64,000 nt of DNA from an uncultured Nitrospiraceae bacterium (GTDB taxonomy: Bacteria; Nitrospirota; Thermodesulfovibrionia; Thermodesulfovibrionales; UBA6898): assembly GCA_963811165.1 (NCBI GenBank), contig CAWEQH010000010.1:480001-544000 (forward strand). Reading direction: 5' to 3'. The position numbers were made by a program, and so were the translations under genes. Shown here in pieces: positions 49,937 through 59,805 of the stretch (the first letter of the stretch is position 1; every line of letters starts with the position of its first letter). The notes beneath the pieces are model-generated. The model was not told where the DNA came from and ran no database searches. It worked only from the letters and a program-made list of their open reading frames with translations.

Positions 49937-50842
49937 CTACTCAAATAACGCCCGGACAAAGTCCTCCGGAACAAAATCCTGAAGATCGTCTATTCCCTCC
50001 CCTACACCGATAAGTTTTACCGGTATATTGAGCTCCTTTTTGATTGCAAATACGATCCCGCCCTTTGCCGTACCGTCAAGCTTCGTAAGCGCAATACCCG
50101 TTACGCCGATCGCGTCGTTGAACATCTGCGCCTGTCTCAGGGCGTTCTGTCCATTTGTGGCATCGACCACCAGGAGTACCTCATGTGGCGCCCCCCCCAT
50201 CGCCTTTCCGCATACCCTCCTGACCTTCTTCAATTCTTCCATGAGAGGGCTCTTTGTGTGAAGTCTACCCGCGGTATCTATTATCACCACATCGATACCG
50301 CGCGCCTTGGCCGCTTCAATAGCATCGAATATGACGGCCGAAGGATCGGACCCACTCTGGTGTTTCACCAACTGCACGCCGCTCCGCTCCGCCCAGATCT
50401 CAAGTTGCTCGATGGCTGCAGCCCTGAAGGTATCTCCGGCGGCCAACATTACCGTATGCCCCTGGTTGCGAAACCTGCTTGCAAGTTTACCGATAGTCGT
50501 TGTCTTTCCCACACCGTTCACACCGACGGCCAGAATAACAAACGGTTTTTCCCCGAACGCCACTAGCGGCTGGGGCCTGCCGAGCATGGAGATCATCTCT
50601 TTCTTCAAAAAATCCCTGACAGAGCTGGCATCTCTCAACTCGCCCCTATCGGCCTTTTCCTTCATATGCCTGACTATCTCAGCCGCATTGCTACCCCCCA
50701 CGTCCGACATGATAAGTGTCTCCTCGAGTTCCTCGAGCGTCTCCTCACCGACCACGCGTCCGCTAAATATAGTTTCTACCTTTTCTACAAAGCCTTTCTT
50801 GGTCTTACTTAACCCTTCTTTAAGCCTGTCGAAAAAACCCAT
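49937..50842 (-). CDS. ftsY: Signal recognition particle receptor
   Basis: GVNGVGKTTT, DTFRAAA, DTAGR, TKLDGTAKGG. Confidence 0.98.
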   Translation of the reverse strand: MGFFDRLKEGLSKTKKGFVEKVETIFSGRVVGEETLEELEETLIMSDVGGSNAAEIVRHMKEKADRGELRDASSVRDFLKKEMISMLGRPQPLVAFGEKPFVILAVGVNGVGKTTTIGKLASRFRNQGHTVMLAAGDTFRAAAIEQLEIWAERSGVQLVKHQSGSDPSAVIFDAIEAAKARGIDVVIIDTAGRLHTKSPLMEELKKVRRVCGKAMGGAPHEVLLVVDATNGQNALRQAQMFNDAIGVTGIALTKLDGTAKGGIVFAIKKELNIPVKLIGVGEGIDDLQDFVPEDFVRALFE

Positions 50843-50878
50843 TATCACACTCCCAGTTAATAGAAAGATGACGCCGAA

Positions 50879-51307
50879 CTAAAAATACTTTTTGCCTTCA
50901 AGGATGGCTTTCCCAACTATTTCATAGACGTCACCCTTGACCCTGCCTTCGAGTTTGATAGGATAACAGCTTCCGATACCTTCTTTCAAATCATAAACCG
51001 AATAGTTCACGCCGCACGCTCTGCATACGATACGGTCGCCGACAGGCCTGTATCCGCTTTTTTTCCGGTAACATTGCCCGCACGCATCGAAATAGGACTG
51101 GCACGAGCCGTCGAGCTTCACCACAAAGTAATTTATGCCGTTTTTTTCCGCACGGAAGGTATAGAAAACAGGCTTTTTTTCCGGCAATTCCCGTAACGGT
51201 ATCTTCACGACGATACCGTCGAACGGGGCCTCCGGATAAACAGGCATTTTTGAACAACAACAAAAAAAGAAAGCCAGAAGGCCCAATATCATGACTGCCT
51301 TGTTCAT
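50879..51307 (-). CDS. DUF2318-like Cys-rich (Fe-S) membrane-anchored protein
   Basis: FDACGQC, IVCRAC, GSCYPI; N-terminal hydrophobic segment ending in Cys. Confidence 0.8.
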   Translation of the reverse strand: MNKAVMILGLLAFFFCCCSKMPVYPEAPFDGIVVKIPLRELPEKKPVFYTFRAEKNGINYFVVKLDGSCQSYFDACGQCYRKKSGYRPVGDRIVCRACGVNYSVYDLKEGIGSCYPIKLEGRVKGDVYEIVGKAILEGKKYF

Positions 51308-51377
51308 AAATGAATTGTAAAATCTGTGGCTCACATTTAGCAACCTTCACAATGTATATTTTTGGGTATAATACCCC

Positions 51378-52811
51378 ATGGAGAACTACTACCAGTTTCT
51401 CATCCCTCGCCTTAACGGCGGATCCATAGGGAAAGATTTCGCACACCACCTTTCACTTGTAAAAAAGGGCATAGCGGGTTTCATCATTTTCGGCGGCAGG
51501 CTTGAAGAGGTGCGCCGGTACGCGAGGAGACTTCAGGAGGAATCGGCACTTCCACTTATCATCGCGTCTGATCTGGAGCGCGGCCTCGGCCAGCAGATAA
51601 AGGGGGGGACGATGTTTCCGCCGGCCATGGCCCTTGCAAAGGCAGCGATAAAAAGCAGGGGGGAGAAGGGATACGACCTGCCCTTGCTCAGAAAGACATT
51701 CACCGCCTTCGCCGTTGAGGCCGCTTATGCCGGCATAAACACGATATTTGCCCCGGTGCTCGATATCAATACGAACCCGAAAAATCCGATCATCGCTACG
51801 AGGGCCTTCGGCGAGGACGAAAAGGCCGTTTCACTGCTTGGCTCAGAGATGATAAGAATATTCCAGAAAAATGGGATAGCAGCCTGTGGAAAGCATTTTC
51901 CCGGACACGGTGACACCGAAGTCGACTCCCACATAAGGCTTCCCGTAATACAGCGCGAATTGATACACCTGAAAAAAAATGAGTTGAGACCTTTCGAAAT
52001 GGCGATGAAAGCAGGCGTCAGGATGATCATGCTCGGGCATCTTTCCGTTCCGGCGTTGGACCCGTCGGGACTGCCCGTCTCTTTTTCAAAAAAGGCGGTA
52101 CGGTTCCTCAGGGAAGATATGCACTATGCCGGGATACTGACAACAGATGCGATGAACATGGGCGGAATCGGAAAGTATTCTGAAGAAGTAGCCTCCCTTA
52201 TGGCGCTTGAGGCGGGGGTGGATCTCGTACTTCATCCTTCGGACATAGAAAAAACAGTCTCCTTTATGCAGGCGAAGAGGAAGCCCATTGATGCAGGTCG
52301 GATCGCGCAATTTCGCAGCACTATCCCGCGCTTCCCGGTTGAGACAGGGCCTGATTTCGAAAAAAACAGGAAACTCTCCGATTTCCTGACGGCGAAAGCG
52401 ATTATGACGGTAGGCCAATTTCACCTCAGGGAAAAGCCCCTTCTCTTCATCCTTAACGATGAAGATGAAAAGAAAGGAGATGCGTTTGTGAGAAGCCTGA
52501 AGAAAGGCGTGAAGGGTATGAGAGTCCAAACCATGAGCCGTGCATCAAGACGAAGCACACTATCCCTTCCTGAAGATGTACCGGTCATCGTCGCGATATT
52601 TTCAGAGACAAAGGGCTGGAAGGGGGGCACCGGCGACTGGCTTTACCAGGCGCTTTCCCGGCTTAAAAAGAGGGCTGAACTTTTCATATCGTTCGGCAGT
52701 CCCTACCTGCTCGACGGGATCGAAGGCCCCGCAAAGATCTCGGCCTATTGGGATTCCGTATCCGCACAGGAAGCGGTCGCACGCATTGTGCTTAGGAGAT
52801 ACAGAAGCTGA
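51378..52811 (+). CDS. Glycoside hydrolase family 3 (beta-N-acetylhexosaminidase type)
   Basis: SDLERG, APVLD, KHFPGHG...DSH, TDAMNM. Confidence 0.92.
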   Translation: MENYYQFLIPRLNGGSIGKDFAHHLSLVKKGIAGFIIFGGRLEEVRRYARRLQEESALPLIIASDLERGLGQQIKGGTMFPPAMALAKAAIKSRGEKGYDLPLLRKTFTAFAVEAAYAGINTIFAPVLDINTNPKNPIIATRAFGEDEKAVSLLGSEMIRIFQKNGIAACGKHFPGHGDTEVDSHIRLPVIQRELIHLKKNELRPFEMAMKAGVRMIMLGHLSVPALDPSGLPVSFSKKAVRFLREDMHYAGILTTDAMNMGGIGKYSEEVASLMALEAGVDLVLHPSDIEKTVSFMQAKRKPIDAGRIAQFRSTIPRFPVETGPDFEKNRKLSDFLTAKAIMTVGQFHLREKPLLFILNDEDEKKGDAFVRSLKKGVKGMRVQTMSRASRRSTLSLPEDVPVIVAIFSETKGWKGGTGDWLYQALSRLKKRAELFISFGSPYLLDGIEGPAKISAYWDSVSAQEAVARIVLRRYRS

Positions 52812-52876
52812 AAACCAAGCCCCGGGAATTTATGGGCCGTAATGCATTCGACGAAAAAATGGCTTATAATTTGATT

Positions 52877-53398
52877 ATGTTGCGGGGAAAAATGAACATT
52901 GTCCTGCTGCTGGGGATAATAAGCATCAGCTCCTGCGGCGGCCCGAGGTATCTCACTACAGTCAGCGCAACTCCAGGGGAGATAACAGGAACGTACGATC
53001 TGTTTCTTTACGGTCACCGGTATGCTGATGACTTCAAAAATATCGCCTTCCTTATTCCGCAGGGGGAAAGATATGTCTTTGAGCTCTACGCGGCCGAATT
53101 CGAATACACCCTAAAGAAGGGACTCCCTGCAAATGCCGCTATCGAGGAAGCCGAAAAGTTCGTCAAATTTCATTATTCATTCCAACGCTCGCAATTAAAC
53201 AAGATACTTGACTATAAGGGGAACGTGGTCGGCTATGAGTTGAGGCCGATATATTCGGCCCTTGACTTTTCTTACGCCGACGTTCTCGACGTGCATTACC
53301 TCATAAAGGGCGGCAAAGTGATCGCGTCGGTCGGCCTTAAGCCGCAGATCGAGGAAAGACCCATCGAGCCTTTTCTCTTCAGGCCGAAGGTAAAATGA
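52877..53398 (+). CDS. Hypothetical lipoprotein
   Basis: Hydrophobic N-terminus with ISSC lipobox; start uncertain (52877 or 52892). Confidence 0.7.
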   Translation: MLRGKMNIVLLLGIISISSCGGPRYLTTVSATPGEITGTYDLFLYGHRYADDFKNIAFLIPQGERYVFELYAAEFEYTLKKGLPANAAIEEAEKFVKFHYSFQRSQLNKILDYKGNVVGYELRPIYSALDFSYADVLDVHYLIKGGKVIASVGLKPQIEERPIEPFLFRPKVK

Positions 53399-54360
53399 TG
53401 AAAGTGCTCGTTACCGGCGGGACTGGATTCATAGGGAGCGTCGTCGTGGACCTCCTTTTACAGGAGGGACACTCGGTGCGCCTGTTTTCGAGAAAGGACG
53501 AGATTCCTGAAAGGCTGAAAGGAAAAAGCGCAGAGATATTTCACGGCGACCTCAAAGACTTTCTTTCAGTGGTACGGGCCATGGAAGGAATGGACCTCTT
53601 CTTCCACATCGGCGAGATAAAAACCTTCAACGAGACCGCCTCCCTCAATAATGTGAAACTTATGGAACACATAATCGCCGGGATGCGGGAAAAAGAAGTA
53701 AAAAGACTTGTATTCATAAGTTCCATCACCGTCGCCGGGATCCCATCGGCCATCCCTGCCGGCGAGGAGACGGAACCGGACGTGGTGTTGGAAGACCATT
53801 ATACGTCGTATAAGCGGACCTGCGAAAAGCTTATCCTGAGTTCGCTCGCCGGCAGGCATGCGATAATCAGGCCTGCCCTGGTCTACGGTCCCGGGTCGAG
53901 GTATATGGGGAGATTCATAAACGCCGTTGATAAATTCGGCCCGTTCGGGTTCCCCTTTATAGGGAATGCAACGAATCTGGCCCCTCTCATTTACGTTAAG
54001 GACCTCGCAAAGGCGATATACCTTTCGGGCCTTCTACCCTCGGCCTCAGGGCAAGTATTTAACCTGACGGACGGCTTTCGTCACAGCTGGCTGGATTTCC
54101 TGACCTCGATAGCCGAACTCCTCGGCAGAAAATTGAGGATCATGTCGATCCCGCCGCTGCTTCTGAAGATTCCGGCCATACCTCTGGACATCCTTTCGGG
54201 GATGGTCGGCATTAAAATCGACCCGGTCCATTATGTGAACTATTTTTCTAAAGACCTCTTATTCGACAATTCAAAGGCAAGAGACCTTCTGCAGTGGAAT
54301 CCCGAATTTTCCCTCGCCGACGGCGTCAAAGAGATGATAAAGTTCTACCGTGCCACATGA
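53395..54360 (+). CDS. NAD-dependent epimerase/dehydratase family protein
   Basis: VTGGTGFIG, FISS, YTSYK, RPALVYGP. Confidence 0.92.
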   Translation: MMKVLVTGGTGFIGSVVVDLLLQEGHSVRLFSRKDEIPERLKGKSAEIFHGDLKDFLSVVRAMEGMDLFFHIGEIKTFNETASLNNVKLMEHIIAGMREKEVKRLVFISSITVAGIPSAIPAGEETEPDVVLEDHYTSYKRTCEKLILSSLAGRHAIIRPALVYGPGSRYMGRFINAVDKFGPFGFPFIGNATNLAPLIYVKDLAKAIYLSGLLPSASGQVFNLTDGFRHSWLDFLTSIAELLGRKLRIMSIPPLLLKIPAIPLDILSGMVGIKIDPVHYVNYFSKDLLFDNSKARDLLQWNPEFSLADGVKEMIKFYRAT

Positions 54361-54496
54361 GGATCCAGTCCCGAGGACAATCGGTTTTTACGGAATATGC
54401 CGGCCCGGATAATAAGGGATTTTTTAAAGCATCCGGCTTTTGCAGGCTCGCCTGCAGCTACTTCTGCGGTAATAGTGTGATCGGACGTTTGCTCCA

Positions 54497-57451
54497 ATGA
54501 CCAATAGAATGAATACTCACCATGATCGGGAGAAAAGGATCAGAGAGGTCGGTCTCGAACTTTACCGTTTGGGAAGCAATGTCCCCTCGATCTTCGATAG
54601 AAGGAGATGGATGGGAAGGCTGATGGCCCATGCGATGAAAGACGAGGAGTTCAGGCTTAACCTCTTCAGATATATCGATGTGCTGCCCTCTCTGAAGACA
54701 GATATTCAAATCACAAATTTGTTGCAGGAATATTTTTCCGACATTGAAGGCGCACCGTTGATTATACGCAAAGGGGTCGAGCGCATCTCGCGGGGTTTTA
54801 TCCCCTTCGTCGCTGCCCGTCTGATAAAGGCGGGGGTAAAATCCCTGGCAAATCAGTTCATTGCAGGAGAGGGAAGCCGGGATGCGCCGAAAAAACTCGG
54901 GGCCCTCTGGGAGGACGGCTTCGCAAGCAGCGTCGACCTTCTGGGAGAGGCAGTACTCAGCGACAGGGAAGCAGAGGAATACACAGAAAAATATCTTCAG
55001 CTGATCGAATCTCTTGCCCTTGAGTCGGGGAAATGGCTGAAAGATGACATCTTGGAAAGAAATAATAAAGGCCCGATACCGAGGTTCGACATCTCTTTTA
55101 AGGTGTCATCCCTTTACTCTCAGCTCGATCCCATGGACTGGGACGGCTCTATTGAAAGAACAAAGAAAGGCCTCAGACAGATCGTCATCAGGTCCCGGGA
55201 CGCCGGAGCGTCTCTCTGCTTCGACATGGAGCAGTATTATTGCAAGGACCTGATTATAGAGATATTTAAGAGAATGCTCGATGAGTTTGAAGATTATCAT
55301 TATGCCGGGATAGCGCTCCAGGCTTATTTGAAAGAATCCCAAAAAGACCTTCTTGCCCTCGTAGAATGGGCAAAAAAAAGGAAGAGACGGATATCGGTGC
55401 GCCTGGTGAAAGGGGCTTACTGGGATTACGAGTTTGTCTCAAACACTCAGAGGGGATGGTCCGTTCCGGTGTTTGAAAGCAAGGAGGAGACGGACTTTAA
55501 CTTCGAGGAACTTACGAGGATACTTTTCGAGAACTCGGAATTCACGCGGCCCGCTATCGCAACTCATAACATAAGGAGTATTAGTCATGCAATAGCCGCG
55601 GCAGAGGCGTTGAATCTTCCGAAGAACGCCTTTGAGTTTCAGATGCTCTACGGCATGGGAGAACCACTGCGCAAAGAGCTAAGGAAAATGGGATACCGCG
55701 TGCGGGTCTACACGCCGGTCGGCGAACTCATCCCGGGCATGGCCTACCTTGTGAGAAGACTGCTTGAAAATACTTCTAATACATCTTTCCTGCGCGGATT
55801 CTTCGCCGAAAACAGGCCCTACGAGGAATTACTCAGACCTCCCGTTACGAAGCCTTCCGAGATCCTCAAGAAAACTTCTTTGGAATTCAGAAATGAGCCC
55901 GCTGTTGATTTCTCGAAGGCCGAAAACAGGGAAATGATGCATCGGGCATTGAAATCCACAAAAGCGGCCTTCGCTGCGAGATACCCTCTTTATATCGATG
56001 GAAAAGATGTTTTCAGGGAAAAAGAAATCCTCTCCATCAACCCGGCGGACCCCGATGAAGTCGTCGGCAGGGTCTCCTCCGCTGACTGTAATGACGCCGA
56101 GCAGGCTGTTGCGGCAGCCGGGAAGGCATGGGACTCCTGGAGAAACGTAGCGCCGACAGAGAGAGCGGATTTTCTCTTTAAGACGGCCATGGAGTTGAGG
56201 AAGCGCAGATTCGATCTTGCTGCCCTCGAGGTGTATGAGGCGGGAAAGACGTGGAAGGACGCCGACGGAGACGTTACTGAGGCCATCGATTACCTCGAAT
56301 ATTACGGCCGTGAGATGGTGCGTGTCGGCAGACCGGCACACCCTGGAAATTACCCTGGTGAGATCAACGACTATTACTATGCACCCAAGGGCATCTGCCT
56401 TGTCATATCGCCCTGGAATTTCCCTCTGGCTATCTCGGCCGGCATGGTCTCTGCGGCACTTGTCACCGGGAATTGCGCCATTTTCAAGCCCTCCAGTCTT
56501 GCCCCTGTTGTAGGGCGGAAGCTTGTAGAGGCGTTCAGAGGCGCAGGACTGCCGCCGGGCGTTCTTCAGTTTCTGCCCGGGCCGGGCACTGAAGTCGGGG
56601 AATACCTCGTTGCCCACCATGAAGTTGACGTTATCGCGTTCACAGGTTCAAAGGATGTGGGGCTGAGAATTATCAGACTTGCCTCCGACGTAAAGCCGGC
56701 ACAACGGAGTGTGAAAAAGGTGATAGCCGAGATGGGCGGAAAAAATGCGATCATCGTAGATGAGACGGCAGACCTCGATGAGGCGGTAAAAGGGGTTTTG
56801 GAGTCTGCGTTAGGGTATCAGGGCCAAAAATGCTCCGCGTGTTCCAGGGTCATTGTGGTAGGAGACATTTATGATGAATTCTGCCTAAGACTTAAGTCCG
56901 CGACAGAAAGCATCAGAATTGGCCCCCCCGAGGACCCGGGCTCCTCGATGGGGCCCGTGATCGATGAAAGCGCCCGGGACAAGATACAACAATATATCGA
57001 GGCGGGGAAAAAAAAGTCCAGGCTGCTTTTCTCCAAAGAAGCGGAAGGGAAAGGGAAAGGGTATTTTGTCGGGGCCGCGCTTTTCGAAAATGTCGATCCT
57101 TTATCGACCCTAGCGCAAGAGGAGATATTCGGGCCGGTAATCTCGATCATCAGGTCAGGCAGTATAGATGAGGCGATAGATATCGCAAACAGTACCGCCT
57201 ACGCACTCACGGGCGGCATCTTTTCCCGGAGTCCCGTAAATATCAGGGAGGTACGCAAGCGGTTTAGCGTGGGCAATCTCTATATCAACAGAAAGATAAC
57301 AGGCGCACTTGTAGGCAGACAACCCTTCGGAGGGTCGCGCATGTCCGGAGTCGGCTCAAAAGCCGGCGGTCCGGATTATCTCCTTCAATTCACAGACCCC
57401 AGGAGCATAAGCGAAAATACGATACGCAGAGGGTTTGCACCCCTCGCCTGA
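54497..57451 (+). CDS. putA: Bifunctional proline dehydrogenase / P5C dehydrogenase
   Basis: DLLGE, DMEQ, RLVKGAYWD, ATHN, YLVRRLLEN; PWNFP, FTGS, EMGGKN, GQKCSA, EEIFGP. Confidence 0.96.
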   Translation: MTNRMNTHHDREKRIREVGLELYRLGSNVPSIFDRRRWMGRLMAHAMKDEEFRLNLFRYIDVLPSLKTDIQITNLLQEYFSDIEGAPLIIRKGVERISRGFIPFVAARLIKAGVKSLANQFIAGEGSRDAPKKLGALWEDGFASSVDLLGEAVLSDREAEEYTEKYLQLIESLALESGKWLKDDILERNNKGPIPRFDISFKVSSLYSQLDPMDWDGSIERTKKGLRQIVIRSRDAGASLCFDMEQYYCKDLIIEIFKRMLDEFEDYHYAGIALQAYLKESQKDLLALVEWAKKRKRRISVRLVKGAYWDYEFVSNTQRGWSVPVFESKEETDFNFEELTRILFENSEFTRPAIATHNIRSISHAIAAAEALNLPKNAFEFQMLYGMGEPLRKELRKMGYRVRVYTPVGELIPGMAYLVRRLLENTSNTSFLRGFFAENRPYEELLRPPVTKPSEILKKTSLEFRNEPAVDFSKAENREMMHRALKSTKAAFAARYPLYIDGKDVFREKEILSINPADPDEVVGRVSSADCNDAEQAVAAAGKAWDSWRNVAPTERADFLFKTAMELRKRRFDLAALEVYEAGKTWKDADGDVTEAIDYLEYYGREMVRVGRPAHPGNYPGEINDYYYAPKGICLVISPWNFPLAISAGMVSAALVTGNCAIFKPSSLAPVVGRKLVEAFRGAGLPPGVLQFLPGPGTEVGEYLVAHHEVDVIAFTGSKDVGLRIIRLASDVKPAQRSVKKVIAEMGGKNAIIVDETADLDEAVKGVLESALGYQGQKCSACSRVIVVGDIYDEFCLRLKSATESIRIGPPEDPGSSMGPVIDESARDKIQQYIEAGKKKSRLLFSKEAEGKGKGYFVGAALFENVDPLSTLAQEEIFGPVISIIRSGSIDEAIDIANSTAYALTGGIFSRSPVNIREVRKRFSVGNLYINRKITGALVGRQPFGGSRMSGVGSKAGGPDYLLQFTDPRSISENTIRRGFAPLA

Positions 57452-57472
57452 AAATGCCCTGCAGGTATTGCT

Positions 57473-57922
57473 TCATTTCATCTTCTTTGCCAGAAAGCTG
57501 TCTACCGACCACCTGCCCCCGCCCTTAATCATGAGAGCGAAAGTTATTGCTATTACGAGTATATGATATTCGAAGCCCTCGCCGGACTGTTTGCCGAACC
57601 AGTTCATAAAAAAGCCATTTTTGTAATGGATCATCGCCACCGCTACGACCATGTTACAGGTAATGCCGAAGGCGGCTATCCTGGTAAGAAATCCCGTTAT
57701 CAGTCCGACCGCCCCGGCCGATTCAGCCATAATTGCCAGAAAGGCAAAAAGCGTCGGGATTCCCATCTTCACCGTAAAGCCCTCCATTGTAGCGCTGAAT
57801 CCCATGCCGCCAAACCAGCCAAAGACCTTTTGCATTCCATGCGGAAAAAATACAATCCCCAATAGCACCCTTAGGATAAGAAGCGCAGTATCGTCCTCGG
57901 TTGCGATCACTTTTTCTAGCAT
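57473..57922 (-). CDS. DoxX-family membrane protein
   Basis: LRVLLG..FFPHGMQK, GFLTR, GFEY, GGGRWSVD. Confidence 0.93.
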   Translation of the reverse strand: MLEKVIATEDDTALLILRVLLGIVFFPHGMQKVFGWFGGMGFSATMEGFTVKMGIPTLFAFLAIMAESAGAVGLITGFLTRIAAFGITCNMVVAVAMIHYKNGFFMNWFGKQSGEGFEYHILVIAITFALMIKGGGRWSVDSFLAKKMK

Positions 57923-58201
57923 AAACACCTCCTGTTCGTTCAGGTTAGTTACAGTATATCAACTATTATCTGTTGCGCCATCCGTCTTCCCGGATTCATC
58001 TTGATCTCGACAAGTATATGCGCTGTCCACACTTGCATGTTTAAGTAGTAAGCAAAATTATAATTGCAATTTCACGTTGACAACGGGGGCTGGATCTTTT
58101 TAACTTATCTTAAATTTATCTGAAGTCAAGGCCTCTGCACTTCTTCAAAGGGAAGGGAACCCGGGCCTTTCAAGGTTAACTTTATTATAAAAACTAGGAA
58201 T

Positions 58202-58660
58202 ATGACACAATCAAGATTCTTTCAGTTATCTCTATTGTTTCCCTTTGTTTTATGGTGTCTCTGTTTGCTCGCTTTCTCGGTTATGTACAAGGAAGGCGCT
58301 GATTTTATCCTGAAGAATTTATTTAATGCATGCCGGGTCTTTGTTCCTTATCTTGTTTTCACGGCGGTACTATGGAAACTTGCGAGTGAAAAGCCTTACA
58401 GGCTGTTAATCCTCATGGCGTCGGTCGTGCCGATTGTCTGGGGGATTTTTTTTACCCTTTTCTACATGCTGATGTCATATATAGTGGCACGCACCATAGA
58501 GCCATGGTATGTCCTTTGTATGATGGCTTTTTGGGCGATGGTTGTTGCCTACCTTGCCGAGACTATTCCCTTCCTTATTCTCACTATATTCAAGGACGAT
58601 TTCAGATCGGCTGAGGGGAAACAGATTGAGAGCACTCGAAGATTTCCCCTTTCTTCTTGA
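58202..58660 (+). CDS. Hypothetical membrane protein
   Basis: 152 aa with about four hydrophobic segments. Confidence 0.65.
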   Translation: MTQSRFFQLSLLFPFVLWCLCLLAFSVMYKEGADFILKNLFNACRVFVPYLVFTAVLWKLASEKPYRLLILMASVVPIVWGIFFTLFYMLMSYIVARTIEPWYVLCMMAFWAMVVAYLAETIPFLILTIFKDDFRSAEGKQIESTRRFPLSS

Positions 58661-58854
58661 CGGAGAGGGCGGGCAGAAAGAGGCCGTCGGATATGAAGCA
58701 AGTTGGGCGGGAATCTTCCGGACGTTTTAACCCGCTTACGCGGAATTGAGAATTCCCCGGGAGTCTGGTTATTTCACCATGTTTCTCCTGGTTAAACCTT
58801 CGACGACAAGAAGACGCCCCCGATGAGGCCCATGAGGTGCCTCCACAGGAACTT

Positions 58855-59214
58855 TTATATATATTGAATGGAAACTTCGTAAATGATGTCGGAATGGTCG
58901 GAGGACGGACTATTACTTTGACAACTGAGTTCTCCCTTTGCCGCCTCTTTATGGTTTCCCACCATCGTGCTGACAACCTGGGTCAGATCGAATCCACCAT
59001 CTCCGCATCCCTTGCTAAGACAGTCTACCTTGAAGAAGGCATAGCTGCCGGGCGAGTAATTCAAGGTCCGCTGTAATGCCTTTTTTATCCCTTTTTGGTT
59101 ATAAATCATGCTGATAACGATGCCGGCCACATCCGGAAACTGAGCGGACACGGTTCCGGCATCGAGTCTCTGCTGTGTCCTTTCCACTCTTATCGGATTT
59201 CTTCTATAATTCAT
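58855..59214 (-). CDS. Hypothetical protein with Cys/His motif
   Basis: 119-aa ORF with SD AGGAGG; CLSKGC..GGFDL..C..H. Confidence 0.72.
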   Translation of the reverse strand: MNYRRNPIRVERTQQRLDAGTVSAQFPDVAGIVISMIYNQKGIKKALQRTLNYSPGSYAFFKVDCLSKGCGDGGFDLTQVVSTMVGNHKEAAKGELSCQSNSPSSDHSDIIYEVSIQYI

Positions 59215-59228
59215 GCCCCTCCTGAATG

Positions 59229-59260
59229 AAAAAGGCCCACTCCCGAAGGAGTGGGCCTTT
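59229..59260 (-). terminator. Intrinsic terminator after the cold-shock gene
   Basis: AAAGGCCCACTCC-TTCG-GGAGTGGGCCTTTTT. Confidence 0.85.
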
Positions 59261-59269
59261 CCCGGTTAA

Positions 59270-59470
59270 TTACAGTTTTACCACATTGATCGCCTTGGGA
59301 CCTTTCGGACCTTTTTCAGTATCAAAGCTCACTCTGTCACCCTCGGCAAGACTCTTAAAGCCATTGCCCTGGATGGATGTGTGGTGAACAAAAGCTTCAC
59401 TTCCGTCTTCATTTGTAATAAAGCCAAAACCTTTGCTGTCGTTAAACCATTTCACTGTTCCTTGTGCCAT
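59270..59470 (-). CDS. Cold-shock protein (CspA family)
   Basis: [26 protein letters not shown]. Confidence 0.97.
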   Translation of the reverse strand: MAQGTVKWFNDSKGFGFITNEDGSEAFVHHTSIQGNGFKSLAEGDRVSFDTEKGPKGPKAINVVKL

Positions 59471-59587
59471 TTCTTTTACCTCCTTTTTGTAAACTCAAAT
59501 CTCAGAAGGCCCCCAAGAAAAAGCGGCCACAAAGTCAAAAGTCTTTGTAGCCGCTGTCAACGCAAAAACTTCTAAAATTCTGGATTT

Positions 59588-59616
59588 AGGATAACACGTT
59601 CATCGCCGTTAGTCAA
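59588..59616 (-). promoter_or_regulatory. Sigma70-type promoter of the csp gene
   Basis: TTGACT-N17-TATCCT with TGn extension. Confidence 0.65.
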
Positions 59617-59805
59617 GGAGATAATAGAACTAAGGCACTCTATCAACTCATCCGCATTAGCGCTTCGCTGTATAGATTCCCCTCTTGAGATCAGTAATAA
59701 ACGCCTTGCATATAATTTCTTACACTCCCCGTATATTCGCCGTTCAGCTGATATCTGAAGCCCTTATTTCGTATAATAGCTTCCGAAATATTTAGGAAGG
59801 CGCCA

